From positions 1 to 37,201 of the IMG/VR virus record IMGVR_UViG_3300020045_008319: a stretch of 37,201 nt of DNA. One strand, 5' to 3'. This DNA is from a virus (taxonomy: Duplodnaviria; Caudoviricetes). Both the position numbers and the translations under genes were made by a program. Below the pieces are notes generated by a model, which saw nothing but the letters and a program-made list of their open reading frames with translations, made no database searches and was not told where the DNA came from. This document shows, in pieces, positions 1 to 8,909 of this stretch (position 1 is the first letter of the stretch; every line of letters begins with the position of its first letter).

Positions 1-121
1 AAATAGGGTAAGTTATACTAGTATCAGCAGGATAAACATTGTTTTCAGTAGCAGGGGTTGATGGAGTTAAATAAGTATGTTCCTTATAAACAAGGAATTT
101 TGTCCCTGCTTTTATTGTTGG
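1..121. repeat. Terminal direct repeat, copy 1 (identical to 37081-37201); circular assembly overlap
   Basis: Bases 1-121 (aaatagggtaagttatacta...tttattgttgg) match 37081-37201 base for base, and an ORF reads through the junction. Confidence 0.97.
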
Positions 122-241
122 TGGATTATCTCCATCTTTAGCAATAATAATATTTTCTTGCCCAACAACTCTCAATGTATCATTTAGGGTTAATCCCCAG
201 ATATTAATATCTGTTCCTGCTTTTGGTAATCTTACTGGCAT
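1..241 (-). CDS. 5' part of putative tail fibre/receptor-binding protein spanning the circular junction (continues at 37080 to 36332; 329 aa total)
   Basis: ATG at 241 preceded by AAGGAG. Translation MPVRLPKAGTDINIWGLTLNDTLRVVGQ...; the RLP-x-G-D...WG..LND N-terminus resembles phage tail-fibre starts. In frame with the 36332..36931 ORF across the junction. Confidence 0.75.
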   Translation of the reverse strand, partial: MPVRLPKAGTDINIWGLTLNDTLRVVGQENIIIAKDGDNPPTIKAGTKFLVYKEHTYLTPSTPATENNVYPADTSITYPI

Positions 242-253
242 ATATACTCCTTA

Positions 254-1084
254 TTAAGAACTTAAATTCCCATTCAAATCACGATATCCTACTGCAATTA
301 ATTCAATAGTTGAAGTATAATTCCCGCTATTGTTTATACTCAATTGATATAATCCAGGATTACAAATTATATTATCTTTATAAACAGAAGTTCCTCCAAG
401 CCCTGTAGCTACTGTTTTGGTTTCATAATTAATATAAGATCCTCTTTGTTTTAAATTTAATTCATAAACAGTAGAAAATCCAGCTCCACCAGCCGCCGTA
501 TTATAACATGATAAATAACACATAATGGGTTTATAAATAGTAAAATTTGTTGTTCCAATCCCAACCCCATTAACTGTTAATGATTTAACAGTTGTTCCTG
601 TATCATTTGCATATACATTATTAGTATCAGTTAAAGAAATAGATTCGCCTATAATTTCTCCCAATGATGTTATAGTTCCTGTTACTTCTGGTGAATTAAA
701 ATTTTCTGCATCTGCTATAGAACCAAAAGAATAAAAATCATACCCTATAGTATTTCCTGCTTGTCCGCTGTTTAATTCTATAACATGAGGGGTTTTGCTA
801 TCGTCGGGCGCAACACGATATTGATTTACTCCTGGAACCCCTGTTACTCTTGTTAATGTAACGCCACCTGTTACATCCTTAATCAGCATCGGTCTTGCGC
901 CAGCTAGATCTGTTGTATCTGGTATATAAGGTAAATATAAAAAATATCTTGTTGGGGTTATTGGCGGATGATTTGCTGAAGCTGGAGCTATTAAATCTTC
1001 ATTCGCACCACCATATCCAGCGCTTTGTTCGTGAATAAATTCACCAATTGCGTCAGAATTAAAAGGATCTCCTGCATAATTAAT
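254..1084 (-). CDS. Tail tip/baseplate structural protein (start uncertain; reading frame open well upstream of the ATG at 889)
   Basis: Gly/Thr/Ser-rich, beta-type sequence between the hub gene and the tail fibre. The frame is open from 1087 to 254 (…INYAGDPFNSDAIGEFIHEQ…RPMLIKD). A candidate ATT start at 1084 follows GAGG. Confidence 0.6.
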   Translation of the reverse strand: MNYAGDPFNSDAIGEFIHEQSAGYGGANEDLIAPASANHPPITPTRYFLYLPYIPDTTDLAGARPMLIKDVTGGVTLTRVTGVPGVNQYRVAPDDSKTPHVIELNSGQAGNTIGYDFYSFGSIADAENFNSPEVTGTITSLGEIIGESISLTDTNNVYANDTGTTVKSLTVNGVGIGTTNFTIYKPIMCYLSCYNTAAGGAGFSTVYELNLKQRGSYINYETKTVATGLGGTSVYKDNIICNPGLYQLSINNSGNYTSTIELIAVGYRDLNGNLSS

Positions 1085-1100
1085 AAATTATGGCCTCATA

Positions 1101-2753
1101 TTATGAACTCCTTAACGCTGTTTCTAGCGTGTTTATTTTATTTTCAAGATCGAAAAGTTTATCGTTTGCTTTTGGGTCATAACTATTTAATTTCATTGTG
1201 ATTTTCTCTCCGCTAATACCGATATCATAATTAATTTGTATTATATTATCTTGATATTGTTTCCTGTAAGGACGCATTACCTGTATTCTGTCCACGTTTA
1301 CTTTGGTTGTGGTTGTTGGGTTGGTATTAAAATAAAATTCAATACTCACTATAGGTTCTGTCATATCAAATTCGACATAATGCCACACATTAGCAGAAGG
1401 AATATAAATTGTATTAATTGTATATGTTTCCGTTGTTTCATCTGATACTATTTCGTTTTCACAATAAGCATTATCTGAATATATCCCGGCAGAATAACCA
1501 CCATCTCTATAATTAGTTCCATAGGTTATTTTAACAGATAGTTTTCTTCCACTCTCTGCGCTTTTAATCATAAACCCTATTTTAGATACTAGTAAATATC
1601 TCATTTGTTTAGGGAAATTATATTGCATCCCATCGCCGGATACGGTTCCATTAAAATATACCGATCCAACGCCTTCCACATAATCTACAGAATCTAACGT
1701 GGCATTCGTCCAACCTAAAACAGAATCACAATTTACAATGGTTGTTAATTGGGTCTCTTCTTTATCCTGAACTCTTATTAATTTCCCTATCTGCGGAACA
1801 TATCTTAATAGATTAATATTATTAACTGTAATGCTTTCTATTGGCTGAAATGATTTTAATAGCGAATACGCATAATCCAGAGCCTCGGCATCAGAAAGCA
1901 CCTCAGAAACTGTTATTTTGTCTTCTTTAATTCTAAATAATTTTTCAATCGGCAATGGCGGATAAGTCCCTGAAGAATAACCTACTTCCCCGATCAATAC
2001 AGTAGAAGATGAACCACTAACTTTTTTTAATACTTTATATCTTGTTGCTTTAATACCAGAATAATCTATTTCAAATTCAATATCTGAATACGCGACATTA
2101 TCAGAATAAAATAAATCAGCATCAAGAACAGAATCTAATTCTTTGACATAAAAAATATTATCCGCCGTAACGCCCCAGTATCTATCATCTAATTTTGAAA
2201 CAGTATCATCAATTACTTTTTTTGCTTTTTCATATTCATACGTTACAGAATAAGTGTCTGTTGATCCTGTATTAATATATACAGATGATCCGTTCCAAGT
2301 AATCAAAGAATTATCGTCTGTTGCCTCTATAACTGTTTGTAATATTTGTGCCGCTGTTTGAGTAGTAAAGATCCCATTATATAAAAGCTCGTCTAGCCTT
2401 CTCCATTGTGGAATAAATTCTATTAGTCCGCCTCTAATATCTGGCGTTATATCCACAATCCCGCGATAAATTTTAGTCCCATTATAATAAATTTCACAAT
2501 AATCATCCGCATCAACTGGGAAATCAATAAAAGCAAGCTCTATTGACCCTGCCCCGCATCCTGTTTTATTTAATTCAAATTTGAAGTTTTTTAAAGCTGA
2601 GTCTGCTTGCCCAAAAAGGTATTCTTTTTTTAATCCGCCACTGCGATGATATAATTTTATATTCCATTTATAGGCCGAATCTATATCTGTGGGAGCTGGC
2701 GGCGTATATTCTGAAGTAAATGTACTGACTATTTGAGAACTTACAAAATACAT
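1101..2753 (-). CDS. Baseplate hub/Tal-like tail tip protein (550 aa)
   Basis: Lies immediately after Dit. The N-terminal half has hub-like motifs (GCGAGSIEL, IYRGIV, YWGVTADNIFY). It has an internal beta-rich insertion and a C-terminal coiled-coil tail. Confidence 0.65.
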   Translation of the reverse strand: MYFVSSQIVSTFTSEYTPPAPTDIDSAYKWNIKLYHRSGGLKKEYLFGQADSALKNFKFELNKTGCGAGSIELAFIDFPVDADDYCEIYYNGTKIYRGIVDITPDIRGGLIEFIPQWRRLDELLYNGIFTTQTAAQILQTVIEATDDNSLITWNGSSVYINTGSTDTYSVTYEYEKAKKVIDDTVSKLDDRYWGVTADNIFYVKELDSVLDADLFYSDNVAYSDIEFEIDYSGIKATRYKVLKKVSGSSSTVLIGEVGYSSGTYPPLPIEKLFRIKEDKITVSEVLSDAEALDYAYSLLKSFQPIESITVNNINLLRYVPQIGKLIRVQDKEETQLTTIVNCDSVLGWTNATLDSVDYVEGVGSVYFNGTVSGDGMQYNFPKQMRYLLVSKIGFMIKSAESGRKLSVKITYGTNYRDGGYSAGIYSDNAYCENEIVSDETTETYTINTIYIPSANVWHYVEFDMTEPIVSIEFYFNTNPTTTTKVNVDRIQVMRPYRKQYQDNIIQINYDIGISGEKITMKLNSYDPKANDKLFDLENKINTLETALRSS

Positions 2754-3536
2754 TTATAAGTACCTCTCGTTAATTGAAATATCTAAAGAACCTTGAGCTG
2801 CATAAATATATAATGTATTATTCCCAGGCTCTAAATTAAAAACAGATCCCGCGGTTAAAAGCCCAGTTTCGATATTTCCATTAACAGTTAAAACCCCATT
2901 TCTGCAATTATAACTAATAACATTCCCACTGCTCCACGTTGAAAACTCTAATCTAAATCCGTAATCTTCACCCAGTTGAACTTGAAACAAATCACAAGTG
3001 GCTGTTAATGTTAGTGTAAAAATTGGCGGGGTAGAAATAACACCTAAATTATTAACTACTTGTGTTTCAAGTGTACTAGATATCAATGTCTTTGTTGTTG
3101 TCGTTGCAGTAACTTTTTCAAAAAACCCATCAACCATTATAAAAGTCATTGTTATTTCAGAAGAAATATTTAACGACCTATATGACTCACCGCTAGATTT
3201 AGATGGCACAACTCTAGCCCTTAATGTGTCCCCGTCTCCTGAAACAATATAAAAATATAATGTTTTATATCTTGATACAGACAGCCAGCGCATAATAGCC
3301 GCCCGGAAAGAGTTCCAAGCCGTTGTCGCTGTAGTGGATGCGTTTTGTGTGAATTTCTTCATGAATGATATCTCAGAAGTTATAAATGATCCGTCACCAC
3401 GAATATAAGCTGAATTATTTGCGAGATCAATTTTTTCCCACGATCTAGCGGGTGAAGGAAAATTAATAGAAATGGCTTCTGTGTCTATGTCGAGCGTTTG
3501 TGCTTCACCATCAATTTTAAAATAATAATATGCCAT
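2754..3536 (-). CDS. Distal tail protein (Dit, siphovirus type)
   Basis: 260 aa, directly after the tape measure gene. VVNNLGVISTPPIFTL and FNLEPGNNTL are typical Dit motifs. Confidence 0.8.
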   Translation of the reverse strand: MAYYYFKIDGEAQTLDIDTEAISINFPSPARSWEKIDLANNSAYIRGDGSFITSEISFMKKFTQNASTTATTAWNSFRAAIMRWLSVSRYKTLYFYIVSGDGDTLRARVVPSKSSGESYRSLNISSEITMTFIMVDGFFEKVTATTTTKTLISSTLETQVVNNLGVISTPPIFTLTLTATCDLFQVQLGEDYGFRLEFSTWSSGNVISYNCRNGVLTVNGNIETGLLTAGSVFNLEPGNNTLYIYAAQGSLDISINERYL

Positions 3537-5126
3537 TTATGCCCTCGATGCTTCAGTCCGCGCAATAAATCTTAGTTGTTTCGTAAAATCTTCAACGTCT
3601 CTAGGATAAACATTAACAGATGCAATGTTTATTCCCATCATGTTTTGACTTTCAGAATTTGAAAACACTCTTGATCCGGATGGTAAATTAACCAATTCCG
3701 GCCCCTGTTCTCCGACTAAAGCCATACCACCAGTCGAAACACCGCCTCTTGCAAAAGCTGGCATAGGTTGTGCGGCAATTAATCCTGTTTGTATTGCTCC
3801 AAGCCCGCCTATTATTCCGGCCATGAGAAAGTTCGATGGCGGCGGATAAGTAGCTGGATTTAATGCAGCTATAACTGCTGATGCGGTATTAATAATTGAA
3901 TCGACAATTGCTATAGATTTATTGGCAGTAAACTGTTCTTTTTTTAATTGCTTTTGTTTTTCAACGTTCCCTTCTGCATTAGTTAATTCATTTGAATAAT
4001 ATTGGTCAGAAATAGCAGAAAGAGAACCAAAAACTGCCCCCGTTCCCGTTTCAATAGATTTCCAGCCTTCTGAAATTTGTGAGATTGTTTCATTGGTATT
4101 ATCAATAATCCCAGCATTAGTTTTGTTTACACTTATTCCAAGGTTCTGAAAAGCATTTGTAACTTGAGATTCTATTTTGCCGAAAGAATTAACAACTTCA
4201 TTCGCGTTTTTACCAGTCCGGTCCGCGAACCCCTGAATGTCTTTCGCTGTGTCTTTAATGGCTTTACTTGCCCCTTCAAAATTTCCGGTAACGGCTTCTT
4301 TTACTACCGTTCCAAAAGTAATCAAAGTTTTTATTGTTGTCCATATAAAATCGAATAAAGTCTTTATGGTATTAACAACAAAGGATACTGCAGTCCCTAA
4401 TGTGGCAAAAGTTTTCGCCATTATCTTGATCCCATTTTCTGTTTTAAGAAAATCAATTATCATTTGAACCATAGAATTCATTGCCTGAACCATGTCTTTT
4501 CCTATAGAAGAAATTAATTGTCCAAAAATTTCCATTAAATCATCTGTTGTGTTTTCAAAAGCTTTCAATGATCCGCCAAAAGTATTAGTTTTCGCTTTCG
4601 CAATATCAAATCCATCCGCCATTTTTCTGTTTACAATATCCATTTTTTCGCTTTCTGTTGTAGCATTTCTTAGTTCAGGGATATATCTTTGGAGCATTGT
4701 AAATTGCCCTTGATTTGTTTGTGCCACCATTTTCATGGATGTATTAAGATCAATCCCAAAAGCCTCAGATAATCCTATTGCCCCTTTAGAAGCATCGTCA
4801 AGATTATCTTTTGAAATCCCCATTGTTGAGCCTAATTTCATTATCTCCATTACGGCTTCATCACTTACATTGGTTACCCGTTGCATTTTTGATGCGTAAT
4901 TTTCTAGTTCTTTTGTGTTCCCGCCAACGGCTGTTTGAAGACTTACAACCGCTGCCTCTTGTTGTGTAAAAGCTTCAATTGATTTTTTAGCTATATCAGT
5001 TACAAAACCAATAGCCATTTCAATCCCTTTAAAGGCTATTTGTGCAGTTATAATTGACGAGGTAACTCCTTTAATGGCGACAGAAGCATTATCCTTCCCA
5101 TTTATCTCAAGATTTACGCGGGCCAT
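3537..5126 (-). CDS. Tail tape measure protein (529 aa)
   Basis: N-terminal LEINGKDNAS, Ala/Ser-rich helical body, C-terminal FARGG…ALVGEQGPELV…GSRV motif. Follows the chaperone pair. Confidence 0.9.
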   Translation of the reverse strand: MARVNLEINGKDNASVAIKGVTSSIITAQIAFKGIEMAIGFVTDIAKKSIEAFTQQEAAVVSLQTAVGGNTKELENYASKMQRVTNVSDEAVMEIMKLGSTMGISKDNLDDASKGAIGLSEAFGIDLNTSMKMVAQTNQGQFTMLQRYIPELRNATTESEKMDIVNRKMADGFDIAKAKTNTFGGSLKAFENTTDDLMEIFGQLISSIGKDMVQAMNSMVQMIIDFLKTENGIKIMAKTFATLGTAVSFVVNTIKTLFDFIWTTIKTLITFGTVVKEAVTGNFEGASKAIKDTAKDIQGFADRTGKNANEVVNSFGKIESQVTNAFQNLGISVNKTNAGIIDNTNETISQISEGWKSIETGTGAVFGSLSAISDQYYSNELTNAEGNVEKQKQLKKEQFTANKSIAIVDSIINTASAVIAALNPATYPPPSNFLMAGIIGGLGAIQTGLIAAQPMPAFARGGVSTGGMALVGEQGPELVNLPSGSRVFSNSESQNMMGINIASVNVYPRDVEDFTKQLRFIARTEASRA

Positions 5127-5394
5127 TTTTCACCTTCAATGAATTTTGAAAATCATCGTCGTTTAAAGTCTTAATATAAAAATATCTAATCTCTTCCCAG
5201 ACCGACATTATAAATTCGTCTTGATTATAATAGCCGCCGTCTTCCGGTAAATGTCTCCAAGACGTTCCATCTAAACACGAAAGCGCATCTCTGACGAAAC
5301 CAATCCATTTCATCCAGTATTGATCGCCTTCGAGGCTTATTCCCATTATTTCAGCCCGGACGGTTGCCTCTATCCCGTCCCTATCTATTCCCCC
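5107..5394 (-). CDS. Tail assembly chaperone, frameshift extension (gpGT-like C-terminal part)
   Basis: The -1 frame is open from the slippery site GGGGGAA (5394-5388) to 5107. LPEDGGYYNQD is typical of these extension domains. Precedes the tape measure gene. Confidence 0.8.
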   Translation of the reverse strand, partial: GGIDRDGIEATVRAEIMGISLEGDQYWMKWIGFVRDALSCLDGTSWRHLPEDGGYYNQDEFIMSVWEEIRYFYIKTLNDDDFQNSLKVKNGPRKS

Positions 5395-5888
5395 AAGTGA
5401 TAGCCCTCAGAGAATTTTTTAATTTCATTAACTAAAAAATCTATTAGTTTATCGTTACTAATTTTGTCTAATAAATCAAAATTAACTTCTATAGTTTGAT
5501 TATTATCCCCAATAAAAGAGTGTTTTTTAGGGTCGATCCCGTTATCAATTATTATTTTACTTAATTCAATTGATGATTTAACCATGCTGGAAATCTCATC
5601 TTCTCGAATATTGATCTCCAGCATAATTTCTGCTTTCTGTGAATCGGAAAGCTGATCTATATTTTGGAGCGGGATATTCTTTTTTTTCATATATGCGTAC
5701 ATAGCTTTTCCGGTAACAGAATTAATATTATTCATTGCTAAAAATTCTATTTTACGCTTAATGCTATACGGCAATTTTTTAATAGTAACAAAATCTTTTT
5801 CTTCATTGCATTTAATTTCAGGTAATAAAAAATCTGAAATATCTAACTTTTTTTCATTCGAACATATTATTGCATTAATTTTTGCCAT
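5385..5888 (-). CDS. Tail assembly chaperone (gpG-like)
   Basis: Between the tail tube and tape measure genes; ends TTG GGG GAA TAG, which contains a slippery heptamer. Confidence 0.8.
   Translation of the reverse strand: MAKINAIICSNEKKLDISDFLLPEIKCNEEKDFVTIKKLPYSIKRKIEFLAMNNINSVTGKAMYAYMKKKNIPLQNIDQLSDSQKAEIMLEINIREDEISSMVKSSIELSKIIIDNGIDPKKHSFIGDNNQTIEVNFDLLDKISNDKLIDFLVNEIKKFSEGYHLGE
5388..5394 (-). other. Programmed -1 ribosomal frameshift site G GGG GAA
   Basis: The heptamer sits immediately before the TAG. A -1 shift gives GGIDRDGIEATVRAEIMGISLEGD…, joining the downstream ORF. Confidence 0.8.
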
Positions 5889-7214
5889 TTAATAACTCGA
5901 TGTATTATCATCAATAATATAAATATATATATGCTCATCATACGTTGTACTTTCTGGTTTTACCACCGTGGCAGCACCAGTTATAGTTAATCTATCGGGC
6001 GTTGATAATGGCGAGTTATAATCTGTTAATTTAGCAGCTGGTATTCTAATAAGAATCGAAAACGGAACTAAATTAGTACTATCAGCATAGTCGTTTGATT
6101 TCCAATACAGATAAAATCCAACGGGTGCGTCGGTTGTATAATTTGATCTTAAAGCATATTGTGTGCTTGTGTTGTTAGCTGTAAAGCTTAATTCAATAGT
6201 ACTGTTTTGTCTTTCCTGTTCCTTTTTATAATACGATCCTATATTTCTATTGTCATCAAGATTTGCATTTATAGTAATGGAATAATCTTTGACCTCATCT
6301 AATTCAGTTAACGCACCTGTTGAACTTTCCATTACAATTTTCATATTTGCAGCTAAATAAGCCTCAATAACTGGCGGAGTTAATGCGGAATCGGTTTTAC
6401 CAGTTTCTTCTGATTTACAATCAAGAGTTATAGTATATTTACAAATATCTTTCGCGGTATTTGATAAAGCAATTGTTGATATTTTAGCCCCTGTTGCCGC
6501 TATAGATTGATTAGCTCCCAACGCCCTGTTAAGAGTAAAACTAAATGACGGCAATGCCGTTGTTGCTCCTGCAGGTTCTAACAAATGAACCTTTGCCGTT
6601 GTACTTGATGGTTGAACTTTCATCAAATAACCGCCTATACTAACAGAAGCGGCTTTTAAATTGGTCGCTGAAAAATCTGCTATTGTAGAAGAATCAGTCG
6701 AATCTCCAAATACAATCGCGTCATATCCGTTTTTACTAGTAATTAATGTCGCCAGTTCAGTTAAAGTGTCAGCAGTGGAACTGCTAACATCTATAGTTCC
6801 AGTCGAAGAAAAATTTGAATCAATTACCCACGATGAACCATTGCCAGAAACTTGAGCCGTTAAAGTGTTACTTGATTTTGTTAATCTCATATAAGCGAAA
6901 CTTCCAGAATACCCAACTAACAACCAAGCTTTTATCGGGTTTGCTAAAGATGATTGATTCCCTAAAACACCATGTAAAAGTTTACCTATATCATCCCCAT
7001 GCATTACTCCCTCGACTGTCCCGCCTATTCCATCCCCAACTTTTATAAGATTCGTTGTATATATTTCAGATACTAGCGATGGGTCTTCTGCATGTTCAAC
7101 GCTTCGCTTTAAACTTTCTGTTGATACTCTAAGATAATCAGTTCCGCTTGCAAAACTACCCCACGTTGTCTCTTTTGCAAATACGACACTTCCTAATCTT
7201 CCTGTGCGTGCCAT
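5889..7214 (-). CDS. Major tail tube protein with internal Ser/Thr-rich insertion
   Basis: FAKETTWG N-terminus, LPSFSFTLNR and YSITINANL motifs of the phage tail tube family. Sits before the chaperones. No sheath gene is present. Confidence 0.8.
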   Translation of the reverse strand: MARTGRLGSVVFAKETTWGSFASGTDYLRVSTESLKRSVEHAEDPSLVSEIYTTNLIKVGDGIGGTVEGVMHGDDIGKLLHGVLGNQSSLANPIKAWLLVGYSGSFAYMRLTKSSNTLTAQVSGNGSSWVIDSNFSSTGTIDVSSSTADTLTELATLITSKNGYDAIVFGDSTDSSTIADFSATNLKAASVSIGGYLMKVQPSSTTAKVHLLEPAGATTALPSFSFTLNRALGANQSIAATGAKISTIALSNTAKDICKYTITLDCKSEETGKTDSALTPPVIEAYLAANMKIVMESSTGALTELDEVKDYSITINANLDDNRNIGSYYKKEQERQNSTIELSFTANNTSTQYALRSNYTTDAPVGFYLYWKSNDYADSTNLVPFSILIRIPAAKLTDYNSPLSTPDRLTITGAATVVKPESTTYDEHIYIYIIDDNTSSY

Positions 7215-7227
7215 TATATTTTCCTCC

Positions 7228-7713
7228 CTAGTTTATTCGTGCCTCAAAATTTACTGTAAATATTTTTAAATTTTGATTTTCATTATTATATAAATCAATG
7301 TTTTCTGTTCCCGTTAAAGCAATCCAACTTATTTCACTTGTATTATAATTATGTAACGATCTTATTACGGCCTCTTTCCAGTCTTCAATCCAGTTCCATA
7401 TATTATCATCATTATATTTTAAAAAACCAGTTACTTTTAATTCATAAACTTCAGGCAAATTTTGCAGATGTAAACTAATTGGCGTAGCAGGATCATCATA
7501 AAGAACTTCACTTGATTCAATTTCAACTAATAAAAATGGGAATTGATTTTGCCCCCATTTATAAGTAATTGATGCCGCTAAGGGCGTTATATGAGTCCTT
7601 TCAGTATTAATAATAGCAATATAATAATTAAAACCGTTTGTGGCGTTCTGCAAACGCGTAATAACATCATTCCTAATATCCTGAGCAAAATACCTATCTG
7701 TCATCGTCGGCAC
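7228..7713 (-). CDS. Putative tail terminator protein
   Basis: 161 aa, immediately upstream of the tail tube gene; QFPFLLV motif. The call rests mainly on synteny. Confidence 0.55.
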   Translation of the reverse strand: MPTMTDRYFAQDIRNDVITRLQNATNGFNYYIAIINTERTHITPLAASITYKWGQNQFPFLLVEIESSEVLYDDPATPISLHLQNLPEVYELKVTGFLKYNDDNIWNWIEDWKEAVIRSLHNYNTSEISWIALTGTENIDLYNNENQNLKIFTVNFEARIN

Positions 7714-8170
7714 TCTCTAAATATACGGTTGTAAAATCTATTAGTTCTTTCCAAACCCTGGCTGGCATATCGCCCTCAGTAGTGTAAAAATATTTTCTAG
7801 GATTTTTCATTCGCTCAGACACATAATAAAAGTAGTCCTTTCCCTGGACTCCAATTTCTAACTTTTTAGAATCTAACTTTTGATACCAACCTGTCCCGCC
7901 ACTTGCAGCGTTAAATAATTTACCGCTTAAAACTAACATCCCTTTCCCAGGGTAGTTTTTTTCTTTCCACTGTTTATATTTTTTTGTTAATGGTTCCCAT
8001 TTTTTACCTTCCATTAACGCCCCTTCACTATTCCAAGTTGAAGGCATTACAGAGTTTTTCCAATAATCAATAAACTTTGTCCAAACTGGCTCTAAATCTT
8101 TAACGTATGAAGCAAGTTTTATAAAAGTTTTTTTCGCCCGTTCTGTTGTGTATTTAATATCTAATTGCAT
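7694..8170 (-). CDS. Phage virion morphogenesis/neck protein (Mu gpG-like)
   Basis: DLEPVW…GKKWEPLTKKYKQWKEKNYPGKGMLVLSGKLFNA matches the family pattern (W.PL...Y...K...L..SG.L). Confidence 0.75.
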   Translation of the reverse strand: MQLDIKYTTERAKKTFIKLASYVKDLEPVWTKFIDYWKNSVMPSTWNSEGALMEGKKWEPLTKKYKQWKEKNYPGKGMLVLSGKLFNAASGGTGWYQKLDSKKLEIGVQGKDYFYYVSERMKNPRKYFYTTEGDMPARVWKELIDFTTVYLESADDDR

Positions 8171-8613
8171 TAGTATTTATAATCCCGATCTATGTATCCA
8201 TTACTTATTTCGCTTTCGGTATTAGTTCCATCTAAAACAATATTTGAAATAACTAAATTTGAATCCCCAGTTATAAGCCCATATAATTCAGGGTCAGTCT
8301 TCATTTCATCTAAAATTTCTTTATATTTTCTGCCAAAATATTCACCCTGAGAACCGTCAACACTTGTATTGTTACCATAAACAGAAAGACAAACGTGTGA
8401 AGCGGAGCCATATTTACACGCAATACCCAAACGACCTAAAATTTTGGAATCTGTTGGTTGTGTGGTTATACCAACCCCGCTCAACACGAAATCAATTTCA
8501 TTTGTTATATCTGAAATAATTGTATTAACCTGTGTTAATGTCGGTCTAGTTGTGCTTGAAAAAGCATCAACGCCCATTATAACATTAACGTCCGTACTAT
8601 CACAATAGTTCAT
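8170..8613 (-). CDS. Head-tail adaptor/connector protein
   Basis: N-terminal YCDSTDV and helical IDFVL segment; position after the capsid gene. Confidence 0.65.
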   Translation of the reverse strand: MNYCDSTDVNVIMGVDAFSSTTRPTLTQVNTIISDITNEIDFVLSGVGITTQPTDSKILGRLGIACKYGSASHVCLSVYGNNTSVDGSQGEYFGRKYKEILDEMKTDPELYGLITGDSNLVISNIVLDGTNTESEISNGYIDRDYKY

Positions 8614-8864
8614 TAGGAACCTCTTTTAGGTCTTCCGCGTTTCTTTTCTGGTTCATCTTTAATGATTTCAACAATTTTTTCTTTTAAAACTCTAAATAAT
8701 ACTTTATTATCAGTCAATAATTTGCTTACAATAAACTTTTCCCTTGCTTCATCACATTCAAAATAAGACTTAACATCAATAAGCTTTTCTTCTTTAGGGA
8801 TTAATTTTCCAAAACGATTATAGTTATCGTTAAAATCTCCAAGATATTTTATGATCGCTTCCAT
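8613..8864 (-). CDS. Small hypothetical protein with C-terminal KKRGRPK motif
   Basis: AAGGAG SD; translationally coupled to the next gene; small basic-tailed proteins are common directly after capsid genes. Confidence 0.7.
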   Translation of the reverse strand: MEAIIKYLGDFNDNYNRFGKLIPKEEKLIDVKSYFECDEAREKFIVSKLLTDNKVLFRVLKEKIVEIIKDEPEKKRGRPKRGS

Positions 8865-8874
8865 TTTTACTCCT

Positions 8875-8904
8875 TAATATAAGGGGGGCAATTAAGCCCC
8901 CCAA
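8875..8904 (-). terminator. Rho-independent terminator-like hairpin after the major capsid gene
   Basis: GGGGGGC-TTAATT-GCCCCCC (8883-8902, 7-bp GC stem) followed on the minus strand by TTATATT. Confidence 0.7.
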
Positions 8905-8909
8905 TTAGT

